Of a DNA stretch of 64,000 bases, positions 48,329-57,817 are shown piece by piece. The DNA comes from an uncultured Fibrobacter sp. Its GTDB lineage: Bacteria; Fibrobacterota; Fibrobacteria; Fibrobacterales; Fibrobacteraceae. How positions within the stretch are numbered: the first letter of the stretch is position 1; every line of letters starts with the position of its first letter. The translations under genes and the position numbers were made by a program. Location of the stretch: positions 89 through 64,088 of the forward strand of contig CAMKTL010000011.1 in assembly GCA_946415675.1 (NCBI GenBank), written 5' to 3'. The notes beneath the pieces were generated by a model that worked only from the letters and a program-made list of their open reading frames with translations, was not told the DNA's origin and ran no database searches.

Positions 48329-48387
48329 AATCAGAAAACGCCTCGACCGAATCGATCGAGGCGCTTGGTTGTTGGAGTGTGGATGTT

Positions 48388-49596
48388 TTAAAAATTCTTA
48401 CACTGGGTTTTCCATTTGCCTTGGTGGCCTATAATGTTTCCGTCAATATACTTGCCTGTCGATCCGACAAAATCAGCCTTGCGGAAGTCTTCACCGCCAA
48501 TCTGCCAACGCATCCATGCAATCGTTGCCGCCATGCCGTCCCACGAACCGGAACCATGACCGTAGCCACCCTCGGAATTCTTCGGGCCACCCGTCATTTC
48601 GATGAGGCAGGACTTGACTTTCGTCGCGGTTTCGTAATCCTTGATGGCGTTCGGCTTTTCCATACCGACTTCGCCATAAAGCACCGCAGCCGTTTTACCT
48701 TCCGGGAAATTCTTGATGACACCGCCGTTCTTGTCGCCGCTATTGTTGAGGAACGCTGTAAACACGCGCTTATCCTTGATTGCCGCCTGCTCGGATTCCA
48801 AACCACCCATAGAGTGACCAGAACAGCCCACCTTCGTCAATTCCAGCTTTTGATAGAACAAATCGTTGGAATTCTTGTTCTTGTTTTCGAGCCAGTCAAT
48901 AGCCTTGATAGCCTGCGATGCATCGCCCGGAGATACGCTTAGTGCTATCACCACGAAACCGTGAGAAGCCAAACGACGAATCATGCCGCCGTACGCGCCC
49001 GGTTCGGTGCCGCCACCCGGCCCCCACACGACAACGCCATGTTTTTGCGTACTGGAAAGCTGTTTCGGATAGGCCAGAATTCCTTTGCCATCCCAGCCGG
49101 TATTTTCTTTATACTCCACCTGTAGCACGTCTTTTTCTTCTTCCTTGCTTTCAGGAAGGAAAATGCCTACCGGTTTCGGCGCTTCGCTAGAAGAAGAGAC
49201 TTCGCTAGAGGAACTAGCCGGCTTTACCGCCTCACTGGAACTTGATGCAGGAACCGCCGCACTCGATGCTGGCGCACCCGCGCTGGATGCAGGAGCATCA
49301 CTCGAAGCAGGCCCAACATCGGCACTGGAAACTGGATTCTGGACATCAGCACTAGAGGCCGGTGCATCCGCGCTAGACGCAGGAACCGAGACGTCCGCAC
49401 TCGAACTCGGGACAAACACGTCCGGAGCCTCGACAGAAGAAGAACTCAATGTCGGATTTGCGGCATCGGAACTCGACACGATACCCGGAAGTTCACTATT
49501 CGGATTGAAATTGGGTGCCGTAGAGGCATCATCTCCACAATTTATAAAGGCAAGGGCGCCAGTAAATACAGCGCACCTCAATAATCCTGATTTCAT
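48388..49596 (-). CDS. Lipoprotein PETase/cutinase-like hydrolase (copy 3)
   Basis: FINC lipobox; RLASHGFVV, GHSMGG, GHGSG. Confidence 0.85.
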   Translation of the reverse strand: MKSGLLRCAVFTGALAFINCGDDASTAPNFNPNSELPGIVSSSDAANPTLSSSSVEAPDVFVPSSSADVSVPASSADAPASSADVQNPVSSADVGPASSDAPASSAGAPASSAAVPASSSSEAVKPASSSSEVSSSSEAPKPVGIFLPESKEEEKDVLQVEYKENTGWDGKGILAYPKQLSSTQKHGVVVWGPGGGTEPGAYGGMIRRLASHGFVVIALSVSPGDASQAIKAIDWLENKNKNSNDLFYQKLELTKVGCSGHSMGGLESEQAAIKDKRVFTAFLNNSGDKNGGVIKNFPEGKTAAVLYGEVGMEKPNAIKDYETATKVKSCLIEMTGGPKNSEGGYGHGSGSWDGMAATIAWMRWQIGGEDFRKADFVGSTGKYIDGNIIGHQGKWKTQCKNF

Positions 49597-49714
49597 TCCC
49601 TGAACTCCTCTTCCTCATCACAAAAACAAATATCCCATACACCGCCCATACACGATGCTATTCATAAAATAGACCTAAAAACGGCTTGTGACTAGCATCA
49701 CAGCTCACCTTTTA

Positions 49715-49729
49715 TGGATAAAAAATCCA
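49715..49729. promoter_or_regulatory. TGGA-N7-TCCA palindrome upstream of copy 3
   Basis: TTATGGATAAAAAATCCAAG. Confidence 0.55.
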
Positions 49730-49746
49730 AGCACAGGGCAATGATT

Positions 49747-49780
49747 AAAAAAATCCGGTTCTCGCCGGATTTTTCTTTTT
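49747..49780. terminator. Terminator downstream of folE
   Basis: AAAAAATCCGG-ttctcg-CCGGATTTTT. Confidence 0.7.
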
Positions 49781-49798
49781 TTATTCGAAATGCAAAAA

Positions 49799-50368
49799 TT
49801 ATCGCGGTGCGTAAATACGGGACATGAACTCGGCGCGAGTCTTTTCGTCCGTCTTGAAACGGCCGAGGAGCTGTGTGGTCACCATCGTCGCACCCGGCTT
49901 TTTCACGCCGCGCATCGTCATGCACATGTGAGATGCTTCGAGAACCACCGCGACACCCTTCGGCTGTAGCACCTTCTGGATGAGTTCTGCAATCTGGCGG
50001 GTCATGCGTTCCTGGATTTGCGGGAAGCGGGCATAGAATTCCACTACGCGCGGAATCTTCGAGAGGCCCACCACACAATCGCCCGGGATGTAGGCCACAT
50101 GAGCCTTGCCCGTGAACGGCAAGAAATGGTGTTCGCACATGCTCGCAAATTCGATGTCCGGCACGATAATCATCTCGTCGTACTTCTCGTGGAAGCGGGT
50201 CTTCAAAATATCTTCGGCACGTGTTTCGCCCGAAAGGCCCGTCATGAGTTCGGCATACATCTTCGCAACGCGCTTCGGCGTATCAATAAGACCTTCGCGG
50301 TCCGGGTTTTCGCCCATGCCTTCCAGAATCATCCGGAAGCCATCTTCCATTTTCTTAAAATCCATCAT
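49799..50368 (-). CDS. folE: GTP cyclohydrolase I
   Basis: [37 protein letters not shown]. Confidence 0.96.
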   Translation of the reverse strand: MMDFKKMEDGFRMILEGMGENPDREGLIDTPKRVAKMYAELMTGLSGETRAEDILKTRFHEKYDEMIIVPDIEFASMCEHHFLPFTGKAHVAYIPGDCVVGLSKIPRVVEFYARFPQIQERMTRQIAELIQKVLQPKGVAVVLEASHMCMTMRGVKKPGATMVTTQLLGRFKTDEKTRAEFMSRIYAPR

Positions 50369-50374
50369 GACAAG

Positions 50375-50510
50375 GCACCTTCGGTGCAGTTAATAGTTAC
50401 TAGAAATTTCCGATATAGCATAACCTTAACTGGATTCTTCGGCCTTTGGCCTCAGAATGACATATTCAAATTGTCATCCTGAATGAAGCGCAGTGAAATG
50501 AAGGATCCAG
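50375..50510. repeat. Triloop hairpin + short heptamer run + inverted REP-like pair (50430-50461 -, 50473-50510 +)
   Basis: Read directly from the folE upstream region. Confidence 0.75.
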
Positions 50511-50558
50511 TAAAATTTTCACGCTATCTTTGCGGTGCAAATATAGAAAATCTGCCTG

Positions 50559-51149
50559 TTACACGAACACGACTTCGTTGCCTGTGCGGGGCGTTTCCGC
50601 ACGGTTCGGGAGTCCGCTTTCAGTATCGGCGTAACCAATCGCGACAGAGGCATACACGCGCTCGCCTTCACGCAAGCCGAGGCCGCGCAGGTATTTGAGA
50701 AGCGTCGGGTCCTCGTTCAGCCATTTGAGTTGGTTGATGTAGCAACTGCCGAGGTCAAGTTCGTTTGCGGCAAGCATCATGTTCTCGACGGCACAAACTA
50801 CATCGGCCATGTTGTTGCCGTATTCCTTCTTGTTCGCAACCACGATGAGCACAGGGGCCGTGTAGCAGAACGAATAGTTCCCTTTCTGTGAAAGGCGAAT
50901 GGAATTTTGCAAGCTCTTGTAGAGGTCTTCACGGAGTTCCATCTTCGCAAAAGCGGACTGCACGAGTTCCTTGAGCTTTGCAATGACCGCCGCATCCGAA
51001 ATCACGAAGAAATGGTTGCTCTGCGCATTGCCGCCGGTGGGTCCAAAGCGGCCCGCCTCGACTATCTGTTCAAGTTTTTCACGTTCAACAGGTTGCGCCT
51101 TGAACTTGCGCGTGCTGCGGCGCGTCTTGATTGCTTCAAGAGTATTCAT
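50559..51149 (-). CDS. Nitroreductase family protein
   Basis: IKTRRSTRKF, PTGGNAQ, ENMMLAANELDLGSCYI. Confidence 0.9.
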   Translation of the reverse strand: MNTLEAIKTRRSTRKFKAQPVEREKLEQIVEAGRFGPTGGNAQSNHFFVISDAAVIAKLKELVQSAFAKMELREDLYKSLQNSIRLSQKGNYSFCYTAPVLIVVANKKEYGNNMADVVCAVENMMLAANELDLGSCYINQLKWLNEDPTLLKYLRGLGLREGERVYASVAIGYADTESGLPNRAETPRTGNEVVFV

Positions 51150-51182
51150 AATTAACCTTCTACTAGATCCTTCCGCCTAAAA

Positions 51183-52541
51183 CTACTTCTCCAGCGGGAG
51201 CACCAATATTCTGGACTTACGCTTTTGATTGTAGTGTTCGCGTTTGCTCTTCGGCAAATCCTGAACCGTACCATCCTCGAATCCGAGCTGGTAGAACCAA
51301 TCGAGCGCCTGCGTCGTGAGCAAGAACAGAGTCTTGTAACCCTTCATCCGGCCAAGCGAAATCAAGTGGCGCACAATCGCCTCGCCAATGCCCGACTTGC
51401 GGTAGTTCGCACCGACAGCGATTCCTGCCACCTCGGCCATGCCATCTTCGAACGCGTGGAGCGCGCCGCAACCGTGGATGCTGTTGTCAATGCTATAGAC
51501 AACATAATCATCCAGTTTTTCGGAAATGGAATCCTGTGTACGCTGCACCAGGTAGCCCTTCGCAATGTAATCCTGCATAATCCGCAAGATATCCGGGATA
51601 TCCTCGATGTTTGCCGGACGGATGCACGAATACTGGTTCGCATACACCATCGTTCCGTCACCGCGAGCGCTAAACACTTCCTGCAGCACGCTTCCCTGGA
51701 ATTCGCCGCTCAACAAGTGAACACGGTTCGCCCCCGCCTCGCAAGCGTTGATGGCGTTCATCAGGTAATCCATCTGCGCAAAGTTAAGCACGTCAGAATT
51801 GAGCTCCAGAAGTTCCTTTGCCTGATCCACGTCCATTGCCGAAATCAGCCCGTTGTCCGTCGGTTCAAGGTACTTCGTGTTCTTGCCCGTCACAAGACCT
51901 TCGAGTTTGATGCCGCTCTGGCTACCGATAAAGAACAGTTTGCCGACCTGCAAGTACTTGCAGAGTTCCGTCGCGAGTTCCGTACTCGAAATATTGTAGG
52001 CATGCCCAATCTTGTTCCAGCCAATCGGCGGAATGATAGGCACAAACTTCTCGTTCATGAGCTGTTCCAAGAGGTCGCGCTGGATACGTTCGATGCGGCC
52101 CGTACGCATATAGTCGATGCCATTGATAACGCCCATACTGCGCGCCAAAATCCAGTTGCCCTGAATGCCGCTGAGTCCGCTTGCCGTCAAGTGGCTCATG
52201 ATGCGTTGCGCAACGCCCAAGGATGCCTGCTCGATAAGCGGCAGAGCCTCCTCGCTCGTTAGCCTTACGCCGTTATGGAATTCCGTTTCGAGATCCCACG
52301 CCTTGAGCTGAGCGTCAATGCTGTTTCGCGTGCCCGGCACGATGATGATACGGATGCCCGCCTTGTGCAAAAGGGCGATATCCCGCATCAGCACGGGGAA
52401 CATCGGATGGTCCATCAAGCTATCGTCGATTTTAAGGACGAACAGCTGTCCCTTGAACCTATCCATGTAGCCAAACACTTCCCGGATGAACCCGGCAACT
52501 TCGAAGTGCTGAGAATAAAAATCGGACGTTGCGTTACTCAT
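51183..52541 (-). CDS. argA: Amino-acid N-acetyltransferase (AAK + GNAT domains)
   Basis: AAK-like N-domain (DYMRTGRI, RVHLL, EVFSARGDGT) fused to GNAT (AEVAGIAV...RKSGIG, LLTTQALDWF). Confidence 0.88.
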   Translation of the reverse strand: MSNATSDFYSQHFEVAGFIREVFGYMDRFKGQLFVLKIDDSLMDHPMFPVLMRDIALLHKAGIRIIIVPGTRNSIDAQLKAWDLETEFHNGVRLTSEEALPLIEQASLGVAQRIMSHLTASGLSGIQGNWILARSMGVINGIDYMRTGRIERIQRDLLEQLMNEKFVPIIPPIGWNKIGHAYNISSTELATELCKYLQVGKLFFIGSQSGIKLEGLVTGKNTKYLEPTDNGLISAMDVDQAKELLELNSDVLNFAQMDYLMNAINACEAGANRVHLLSGEFQGSVLQEVFSARGDGTMVYANQYSCIRPANIEDIPDILRIMQDYIAKGYLVQRTQDSISEKLDDYVVYSIDNSIHGCGALHAFEDGMAEVAGIAVGANYRKSGIGEAIVRHLISLGRMKGYKTLFLLTTQALDWFYQLGFEDGTVQDLPKSKREHYNQKRKSRILVLPLEK

Positions 52542-52613
52542 GGCATAAAAAGTAGCAACAGAAAAAGCGAAGGACGGAACATCCTTCGCTTTTAAACATC
52601 AAAATCGCAATTT

Positions 52614-53480
52614 TTACTTAGCCGGAACGACAGAACCTTTTGCTGGGGCAAGCGTCCCGCCAGCAGGGGCTTCCGCAAAGACCTGCAACAGTTCCACCTC
52701 GAACACGAGGAGCGCGTTCGCCGGAATTTTTGGCGGAGCACCGGTTTCGCCATAGGCAAGCGCACTCGGAATCCAAGCCTTCACCTTTTCGCCGACCTTC
52801 ATTTCCAGGAGCAGGTCCTGCCAGCCTTCGATGACCGCCGTCACCGGGAACTCCATCGGGGAGCCGCGCCTAATACTATTGTCAAATTCCGTTCCGTCAA
52901 GCAACGTGCCAATGTAATGCACCTGCACCTTGTCCGACGCCTTGGGCTTGATTCCTGTACCTTCTTTAAGGATAATATACTGGACTCCCTTAGTCGTCAC
53001 CTTGACGTTCGGATCCTGGATGTTCTTTGCGAGGAACGCCGCCTGTTCGCCCAAAGCCTTGCGGGCCGCAGCCGCATCGTCAACATCCTTCTGCATCTGC
53101 ATCTGGGAGAGCAGGTCCTGCAGTGCCGCTTCGGACTGTGAATCCGTCATGAGGACTTCACGGCTAGGATCGAGAACATCCCGCATAGCGTCAATGAGCA
53201 CGTCCAGCTTCACGGGGACGTTGATATTGGAAACCGCACGCCCGAAATCCACGCCAAGCGCATAGCTATAGCGGTCAACAGCATTGTCCAGGAACACTTT
53301 CGGCTCTTGAGACGGAGGAGTTTCCGGGGCTGGCGAAAGCTCGGGAGCTTCCACGGGAGCCATTTTTGCCCCCGAACCGTTTGCGGAGGTGCCATCCTGG
53401 TTGACAACGGACTTGCTTCCGCCACACGCAACAAGTGCCCCCCCAGCAATAAAAATCGGCAAAAAGCTGGAAATTTTCAT
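52614..53480 (-). CDS. FKBP-type peptidyl-prolyl isomerase lipoprotein (FkpA/Mip-like)
   Basis: Lipobox LVAC; SYALG, VHYIGTLLDGTEFD, VIEGW, LAYG, LVFEVELL. Confidence 0.92.
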   Translation of the reverse strand: MKISSFLPIFIAGGALVACGGSKSVVNQDGTSANGSGAKMAPVEAPELSPAPETPPSQEPKVFLDNAVDRYSYALGVDFGRAVSNINVPVKLDVLIDAMRDVLDPSREVLMTDSQSEAALQDLLSQMQMQKDVDDAAAARKALGEQAAFLAKNIQDPNVKVTTKGVQYIILKEGTGIKPKASDKVQVHYIGTLLDGTEFDNSIRRGSPMEFPVTAVIEGWQDLLLEMKVGEKVKAWIPSALAYGETGAPPKIPANALLVFEVELLQVFAEAPAGGTLAPAKGSVVPAK

Positions 53481-53655
53481 AAAACCGGCTCCAAATCAAA
53501 AAAAAATTGCCACAATAAAATATGTTTTTATGCCCCAAAAGCGCTAAAAAATGTAATAAAATTCAAAAAAATCCACAAATGTAAACGAAAACACACATAA
53601 CCCCTTTAAAAAAAGTTACAATTATGCTATCTTTACGCTGAAAGGAAAAAATCCT

Positions 53656-53907
53656 ATGAAAAACAGCTTTAAGTGTTATATAGATTCTGCGACGGCACAG
53701 AAACGCCTGTTCGACGAATCCGTTGATAACGTTAAAGATTCCTTAACCAAGTTCATCACGGAATCTTCCTATCAGGGTTATGAAGATTTGCACTTCGCGA
53801 AAAAGCCCGAACCTGTTTATTCTACCGGCTGGCTCAAAGGCGCCCTCTCCTACCCTTGGGTACTCGTAAGCGTAATCATTCCTTCATTCCTCGAAGACAT
53901 CTTTTAA
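53656..53907 (+). CDS. Small hypothetical protein
   Basis: 83-aa ORF with AAAGGA upstream, a hydrophobic C-terminus and a downstream terminator at 53939-53964. Confidence 0.55.
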   Translation: MKNSFKCYIDSATAQKRLFDESVDNVKDSLTKFITESSYQGYEDLHFAKKPEPVYSTGWLKGALSYPWVLVSVIIPSFLEDIF

Positions 53908-53938
53908 CTATTATCTTTAAACCCCTTTCGATTGTCAT

Positions 53939-53964
53939 GCCCGCCACCGCGGGCTTTGTTTTTT
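53939..53964 (+). terminator. Intrinsic terminator
   Basis: GCCCGC-CACC-GCGGGC followed by TTTGTTTTTT. Confidence 0.7.
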
Positions 53965-54074
53965 AAAGGACGCCCTCCTTTTTATTTGTCAACCGCGAGC
54001 ATCTCCTTTTTTAATCAGAAAATTCCTTTAGTGGCATGTCCAATTTTTTTAAATTTGAAAAAAACGGAGATTTT

Positions 54075-54914
54075 ATGGCAGCACTCATTTTGGACGGCAA
54101 GGCTCTTGCCAAGACCACTGAAGAAGAACTCAGCGCCCGCGTGGCAAAGCTCAAGGAAAAGACCGGCAAGACCCCGATTCTTGCGACGATTCTCGTGGGC
54201 GACGATCCGGCAAGCGCGACTTACGTCAAGATGAAGGGCAACGCCTGCGCCCGTGTGGGCATGGAAAGCATCCGCGTGGTGATGGACAAGAACACCACGA
54301 CCAAGGAACTCCTCGACAAAATCCAGGAACTCAACGAAAACCCGAACGTCCACGGCATCCTCTTGCAGCATCCGGTCCCGCGCCACATCGACGAACGCGC
54401 CGCATTCGAAGCGATTGACGCCCGCAAGGATGTCGATGGCGTGACCTGCCTCGGTTTTGGTCGCATGTCCATGGGTGAAAAAGCCTACGGCTGCGCAACA
54501 CCGGCCGGCATCATGAGACTACTCAAGGCCTACAACATCCCGCTTTCTGGCAAGCATGCCGTAGTCGTCGGCCGCAGCGCCATCCTCGGTAAACCGATGG
54601 CGATGATGCTTTTGAACGCGAACTGCACCGTGACCATCTGCCACAGCAAGACCGAGAACCTCCCCGAATTCGTGAAGCAGGCCGACATTCTCGTTGGTGC
54701 GGTCGGCAAACCGGAATTCATCAAGAAGTCCTGGATCAAGCCGGGGGCAGTCGTCGTCGATGCCGGCTACCATCCGGGCGGCGTGGGTGACATCGAGAAA
54801 GGTCTCGAAGATGTGGCATCCGCATACACTCCGGTTCCGGGCGGTGTCGGACCCATGACCATCAACACCCTCATCTACCAAAGCGTGGAATCCGGGGAAT
54901 CGTTGATTAAGTAA
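54075..54914 (+). CDS. folD: Methylenetetrahydrofolate dehydrogenase/cyclohydrolase
   Basis: [45 protein letters not shown]. Confidence 0.96.
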   Translation: MAALILDGKALAKTTEEELSARVAKLKEKTGKTPILATILVGDDPASATYVKMKGNACARVGMESIRVVMDKNTTTKELLDKIQELNENPNVHGILLQHPVPRHIDERAAFEAIDARKDVDGVTCLGFGRMSMGEKAYGCATPAGIMRLLKAYNIPLSGKHAVVVGRSAILGKPMAMMLLNANCTVTICHSKTENLPEFVKQADILVGAVGKPEFIKKSWIKPGAVVVDAGYHPGGVGDIEKGLEDVASAYTPVPGGVGPMTINTLIYQSVESGESLIK

Positions 54915-54973
54915 CCTAGTGGTTAGTAAACAGTGGTTGGTGGTTAGTGATTAAGGTTTTCCATCGCGCAAGC

Positions 54974-55047
54974 GTCATCCTGAACGCCAATGAAAGACCC
55001 AGTGTTTTAAACGACTGGATTCTTCGCCATAAATGGCTCAGAATGAC
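54974..55047. repeat. Inverted REP-like doublet (54974-55002 +, 55015-55047 -)
   Basis: GTCATCCTGA...GAAAGACCCAG and CTGGATTCTTC...TCAGAATGAC. Confidence 0.75.
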
Positions 55048-55996
55048 GCAATGCAGAACCATTGCAAGAAGTGCCCTAGTGGCGCTTTTCGCTTTGTGCA
55101 CTTTGTGGCCCGTCCAGACATTCGCCTCGGAACTCCACAAGCAGATGGTGCGCGACATGAAAAAATGCGGCAGCACCACCGAAGAAGTCGCCTGCGCCAT
55201 CGAAGGCAAGGACGGCTGGCTATTCTTGCAAGAAAGCCTGTTAAACGCCACCAAGCGCTGGAACGACAACACGCCGCAAATCATCGCGTTCAAGGACTCG
55301 CTCGAAAGTCGTGGCATCAAGCTCATCGTCGTTCCTGTTCCAGACAAACTACAAATCGTTCCCGAATATTATTCCGACAAGGCTAAAAAAGGCATCAACC
55401 TCCCGCAATACAAAAAGTGGGTCCAAAAGCTCCGCAAAAAAAACGTCATCGTCATTGACGCTCTCGACAAGTTCAAGGAACTTCACAAAGAACAAGGCAA
55501 CGAAGCGCCCTTATTCGAGCCGTACGAGAGCCACTGCACAGGCCCCGCCAGGTTCGTACTCGCCAAAATGGCAGCCGATTCCATCGCGCCGCTCCTCTAC
55601 GGCATGAACCGCAAGCGTTACCCGCTACACGACACAATCGTCGATGGCACCGGGAACCTCTACGAACTACTCCACGACAAGGAAATCGAGTACAAAATCC
55701 AGGAACCGAAAGTCGTAGGCATCGACGGCTATAAATACCGCGGTTCAAAGAAAGCACCGATTATCATCATCGGCGATAGCAACGTGGGGCAGGGCAAATC
55801 TTACGGAGCTCACATCGGAGCGTACATCGCATCACTGACCAGCGTCGAGACTTTCACCATCGGCAAAGTCGGCGGCGGCAACATCGGCCCGCAAATGTTC
55901 AAAGGCAAATCCAAGTTCCTAGAAGGCAAAAAAGCTGTCGTCTGGGTATTCGACGGCCGCGAACTCTACGGACATTTCAAGGCGCCGGAATTCTAG
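55043..55996 (+). CDS. AlgX/AlgJ-like SGNH O-acetyltransferase
   Basis: GKDGWLFL, LIVVPVPDK, ESHCT (DxHW-like), IIGDSN. The start is uncertain because it lies in the repeat. Confidence 0.7.
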   Translation: MTQCRTIARSALVALFALCTLWPVQTFASELHKQMVRDMKKCGSTTEEVACAIEGKDGWLFLQESLLNATKRWNDNTPQIIAFKDSLESRGIKLIVVPVPDKLQIVPEYYSDKAKKGINLPQYKKWVQKLRKKNVIVIDALDKFKELHKEQGNEAPLFEPYESHCTGPARFVLAKMAADSIAPLLYGMNRKRYPLHDTIVDGTGNLYELLHDKEIEYKIQEPKVVGIDGYKYRGSKKAPIIIIGDSNVGQGKSYGAHIGAYIASLTSVETFTIGKVGGGNIGPQMFKGKSKFLEGKKAVVWVFDGRELYGHFKAPEF

Positions 55997-56061
55997 AATT
56001 CCCTAATTCCATAAAATTAGGCTAATTTTTATAAATTAGATTAAGGAGGAAATATAGGAAT

Positions 56062-57798
56062 ATGAAATTTGCTTTTATTATGGTGCTGGGACTGCTTGCG
56101 GTTCAGACGAATGCTGCAAATGCGACTATGAAAGGCGATGGCACTGTCCAAAATCCCTTTCAGATAGATGATTACGAAGACCTCAAGGCTATCGGTAAAG
56201 AAAATTACCTCTATTCATCTAATTACATTTTGACCGCGGATATCGACGCCTCACTTTCTCAACAAGAGAATTGCGATCACTATAGTTGTTTTGGCTTTGT
56301 GCCTATTGGTTTGGATCGGGATGCCGCGGGTAATACAGATTTCACGGGGAATATTAATGGAAAAAATCATATCATTAGCGGCTTGTACATTCGTTATCTT
56401 TCAGATTCACATTTAGCGTTTATTGCAAGATTGAAAGGTTCTGTTGTCAACTTGAATTTCGACAACATAGAGGTTGTTAGCGATTCTGGAAACTGCGGGA
56501 GCGTTGCAGGAGTGTTGAATGGGCAAATCCAGAATGTTCACGTCACGAAAGGAAATATCCAGGGCGCAGACCGCGTTGGTGGTATCGTGGGGGCTTTTAC
56601 AAAAGCCGATTCGGTTGACGCCATTATGAAAAACGTTTCTTATCAGGGAAATGTCGAAGGAACGAACGATGTCGGCGGCATTGCCGGAGTTTCGGAAGCG
56701 GACATAATCAATGCATCTGTTGAAGTGAATATTCAGGCACGGCAAAAACGAATCGGCGGTATCGTTGGTAATAATAAGGGGAGTATAATCAACGGACAAA
56801 CTAAAGGATCGATTGTTCCCCTCACATCTGAAGTCGAATATGTTGGCGGTATTGCCGGCTATTCTATGGGACTTATTTCTGTTTGCGCATCGTCTATAGA
56901 CTTGAAGAAAAAATCATCATATATATTGTATATGGAAATGGGAGGAATTGCAGGAGAGAATGGAGGACGGATAGAATACTCTTATGCTACCGGAAATATT
57001 GAAGGAGAGCGTGTTATCGGCGGAATTGCAGGGGTGAATACTGGCCTTATAGAAAATTCGTACGCACAAACTGATATCATCGGCGAAAAAACGGTTGGCG
57101 GGCTTGTAGGATACATCGCGGGACAATACTTGATTGAAGAAGATTCCTTGATAAAAATATCTGAGGGAAATGTTTCGACAAGTTATGCAGCAAATACAAT
57201 GCTAAGAAGATATAATGGAGAGTATTGGGGAGGGTTAATTGGTGTTGGTAGTGACTGCACTTGTGACAATTCGTATTGGGATTCCGAATTGTCGAAAATG
57301 AAAACAAGTAATGGAGGCGTAGGCCTTACCACTGCAGAGATGATGAAAAAATCTTCTTTTGTAGGATGGGATACTATTGGCTATAAAAGTGAAACCGGTA
57401 AGTTTGTCAATGTCTGGAAATTTGATGAAGGAAAGTCTTACCCCACTTTTAACGATGAATTTATTGCATTGAAGATTCAGTCAAGCAGCTTAGATGATGA
57501 TCCTAATGGCGGGAAGGTTGCTGTTGCGCAAAACAGAACAGTCGCAGATAAACGCTCGTTCGGGACAATGCTTAAAAATGAGAAAATTGAAATTCGATTT
57601 GAAATTCCATCCACTGCAGTTGTGAAATTTTCGCTGCTTGACATGCAAGGTCGCGTTGTGAAAACACAAAACATCGGACATCGTGCAGCAGGCCTGCATT
57701 ACGAAAAAATTGATGCAGAAAATCTCGCACGCGGAAGATACTTTGGCATATTAAACGTCAATGGCAAAGCCTACGAAAAAACAATTTTGCTGAAGTAG
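56062..57798 (+). CDS. Secreted GLUG-motif protein with a T9SS-like C-terminal domain
   Basis: GTVQNPFQI, repeated VGGIVG/VGGIAG/VGGLVG units, SYWDSE, LLDMQGRVV...GRYFGILNVNG; AAGGAGG RBS. Confidence 0.85.
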   Translation: MKFAFIMVLGLLAVQTNAANATMKGDGTVQNPFQIDDYEDLKAIGKENYLYSSNYILTADIDASLSQQENCDHYSCFGFVPIGLDRDAAGNTDFTGNINGKNHIISGLYIRYLSDSHLAFIARLKGSVVNLNFDNIEVVSDSGNCGSVAGVLNGQIQNVHVTKGNIQGADRVGGIVGAFTKADSVDAIMKNVSYQGNVEGTNDVGGIAGVSEADIINASVEVNIQARQKRIGGIVGNNKGSIINGQTKGSIVPLTSEVEYVGGIAGYSMGLISVCASSIDLKKKSSYILYMEMGGIAGENGGRIEYSYATGNIEGERVIGGIAGVNTGLIENSYAQTDIIGEKTVGGLVGYIAGQYLIEEDSLIKISEGNVSTSYAANTMLRRYNGEYWGGLIGVGSDCTCDNSYWDSELSKMKTSNGGVGLTTAEMMKKSSFVGWDTIGYKSETGKFVNVWKFDEGKSYPTFNDEFIALKIQSSSLDDDPNGGKVAVAQNRTVADKRSFGTMLKNEKIEIRFEIPSTAVVKFSLLDMQGRVVKTQNIGHRAAGLHYEKIDAENLARGRYFGILNVNGKAYEKTILLK

Positions 57799-57817
57799 AT
57801 AATATTCGTCCAAACCA

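Noticed and set aside
53910-54074. ZTP or THF riboswitch upstream of folD
   Set aside because: No recognisable aptamer consensus; the only hairpin is the terminator of the upstream small gene.
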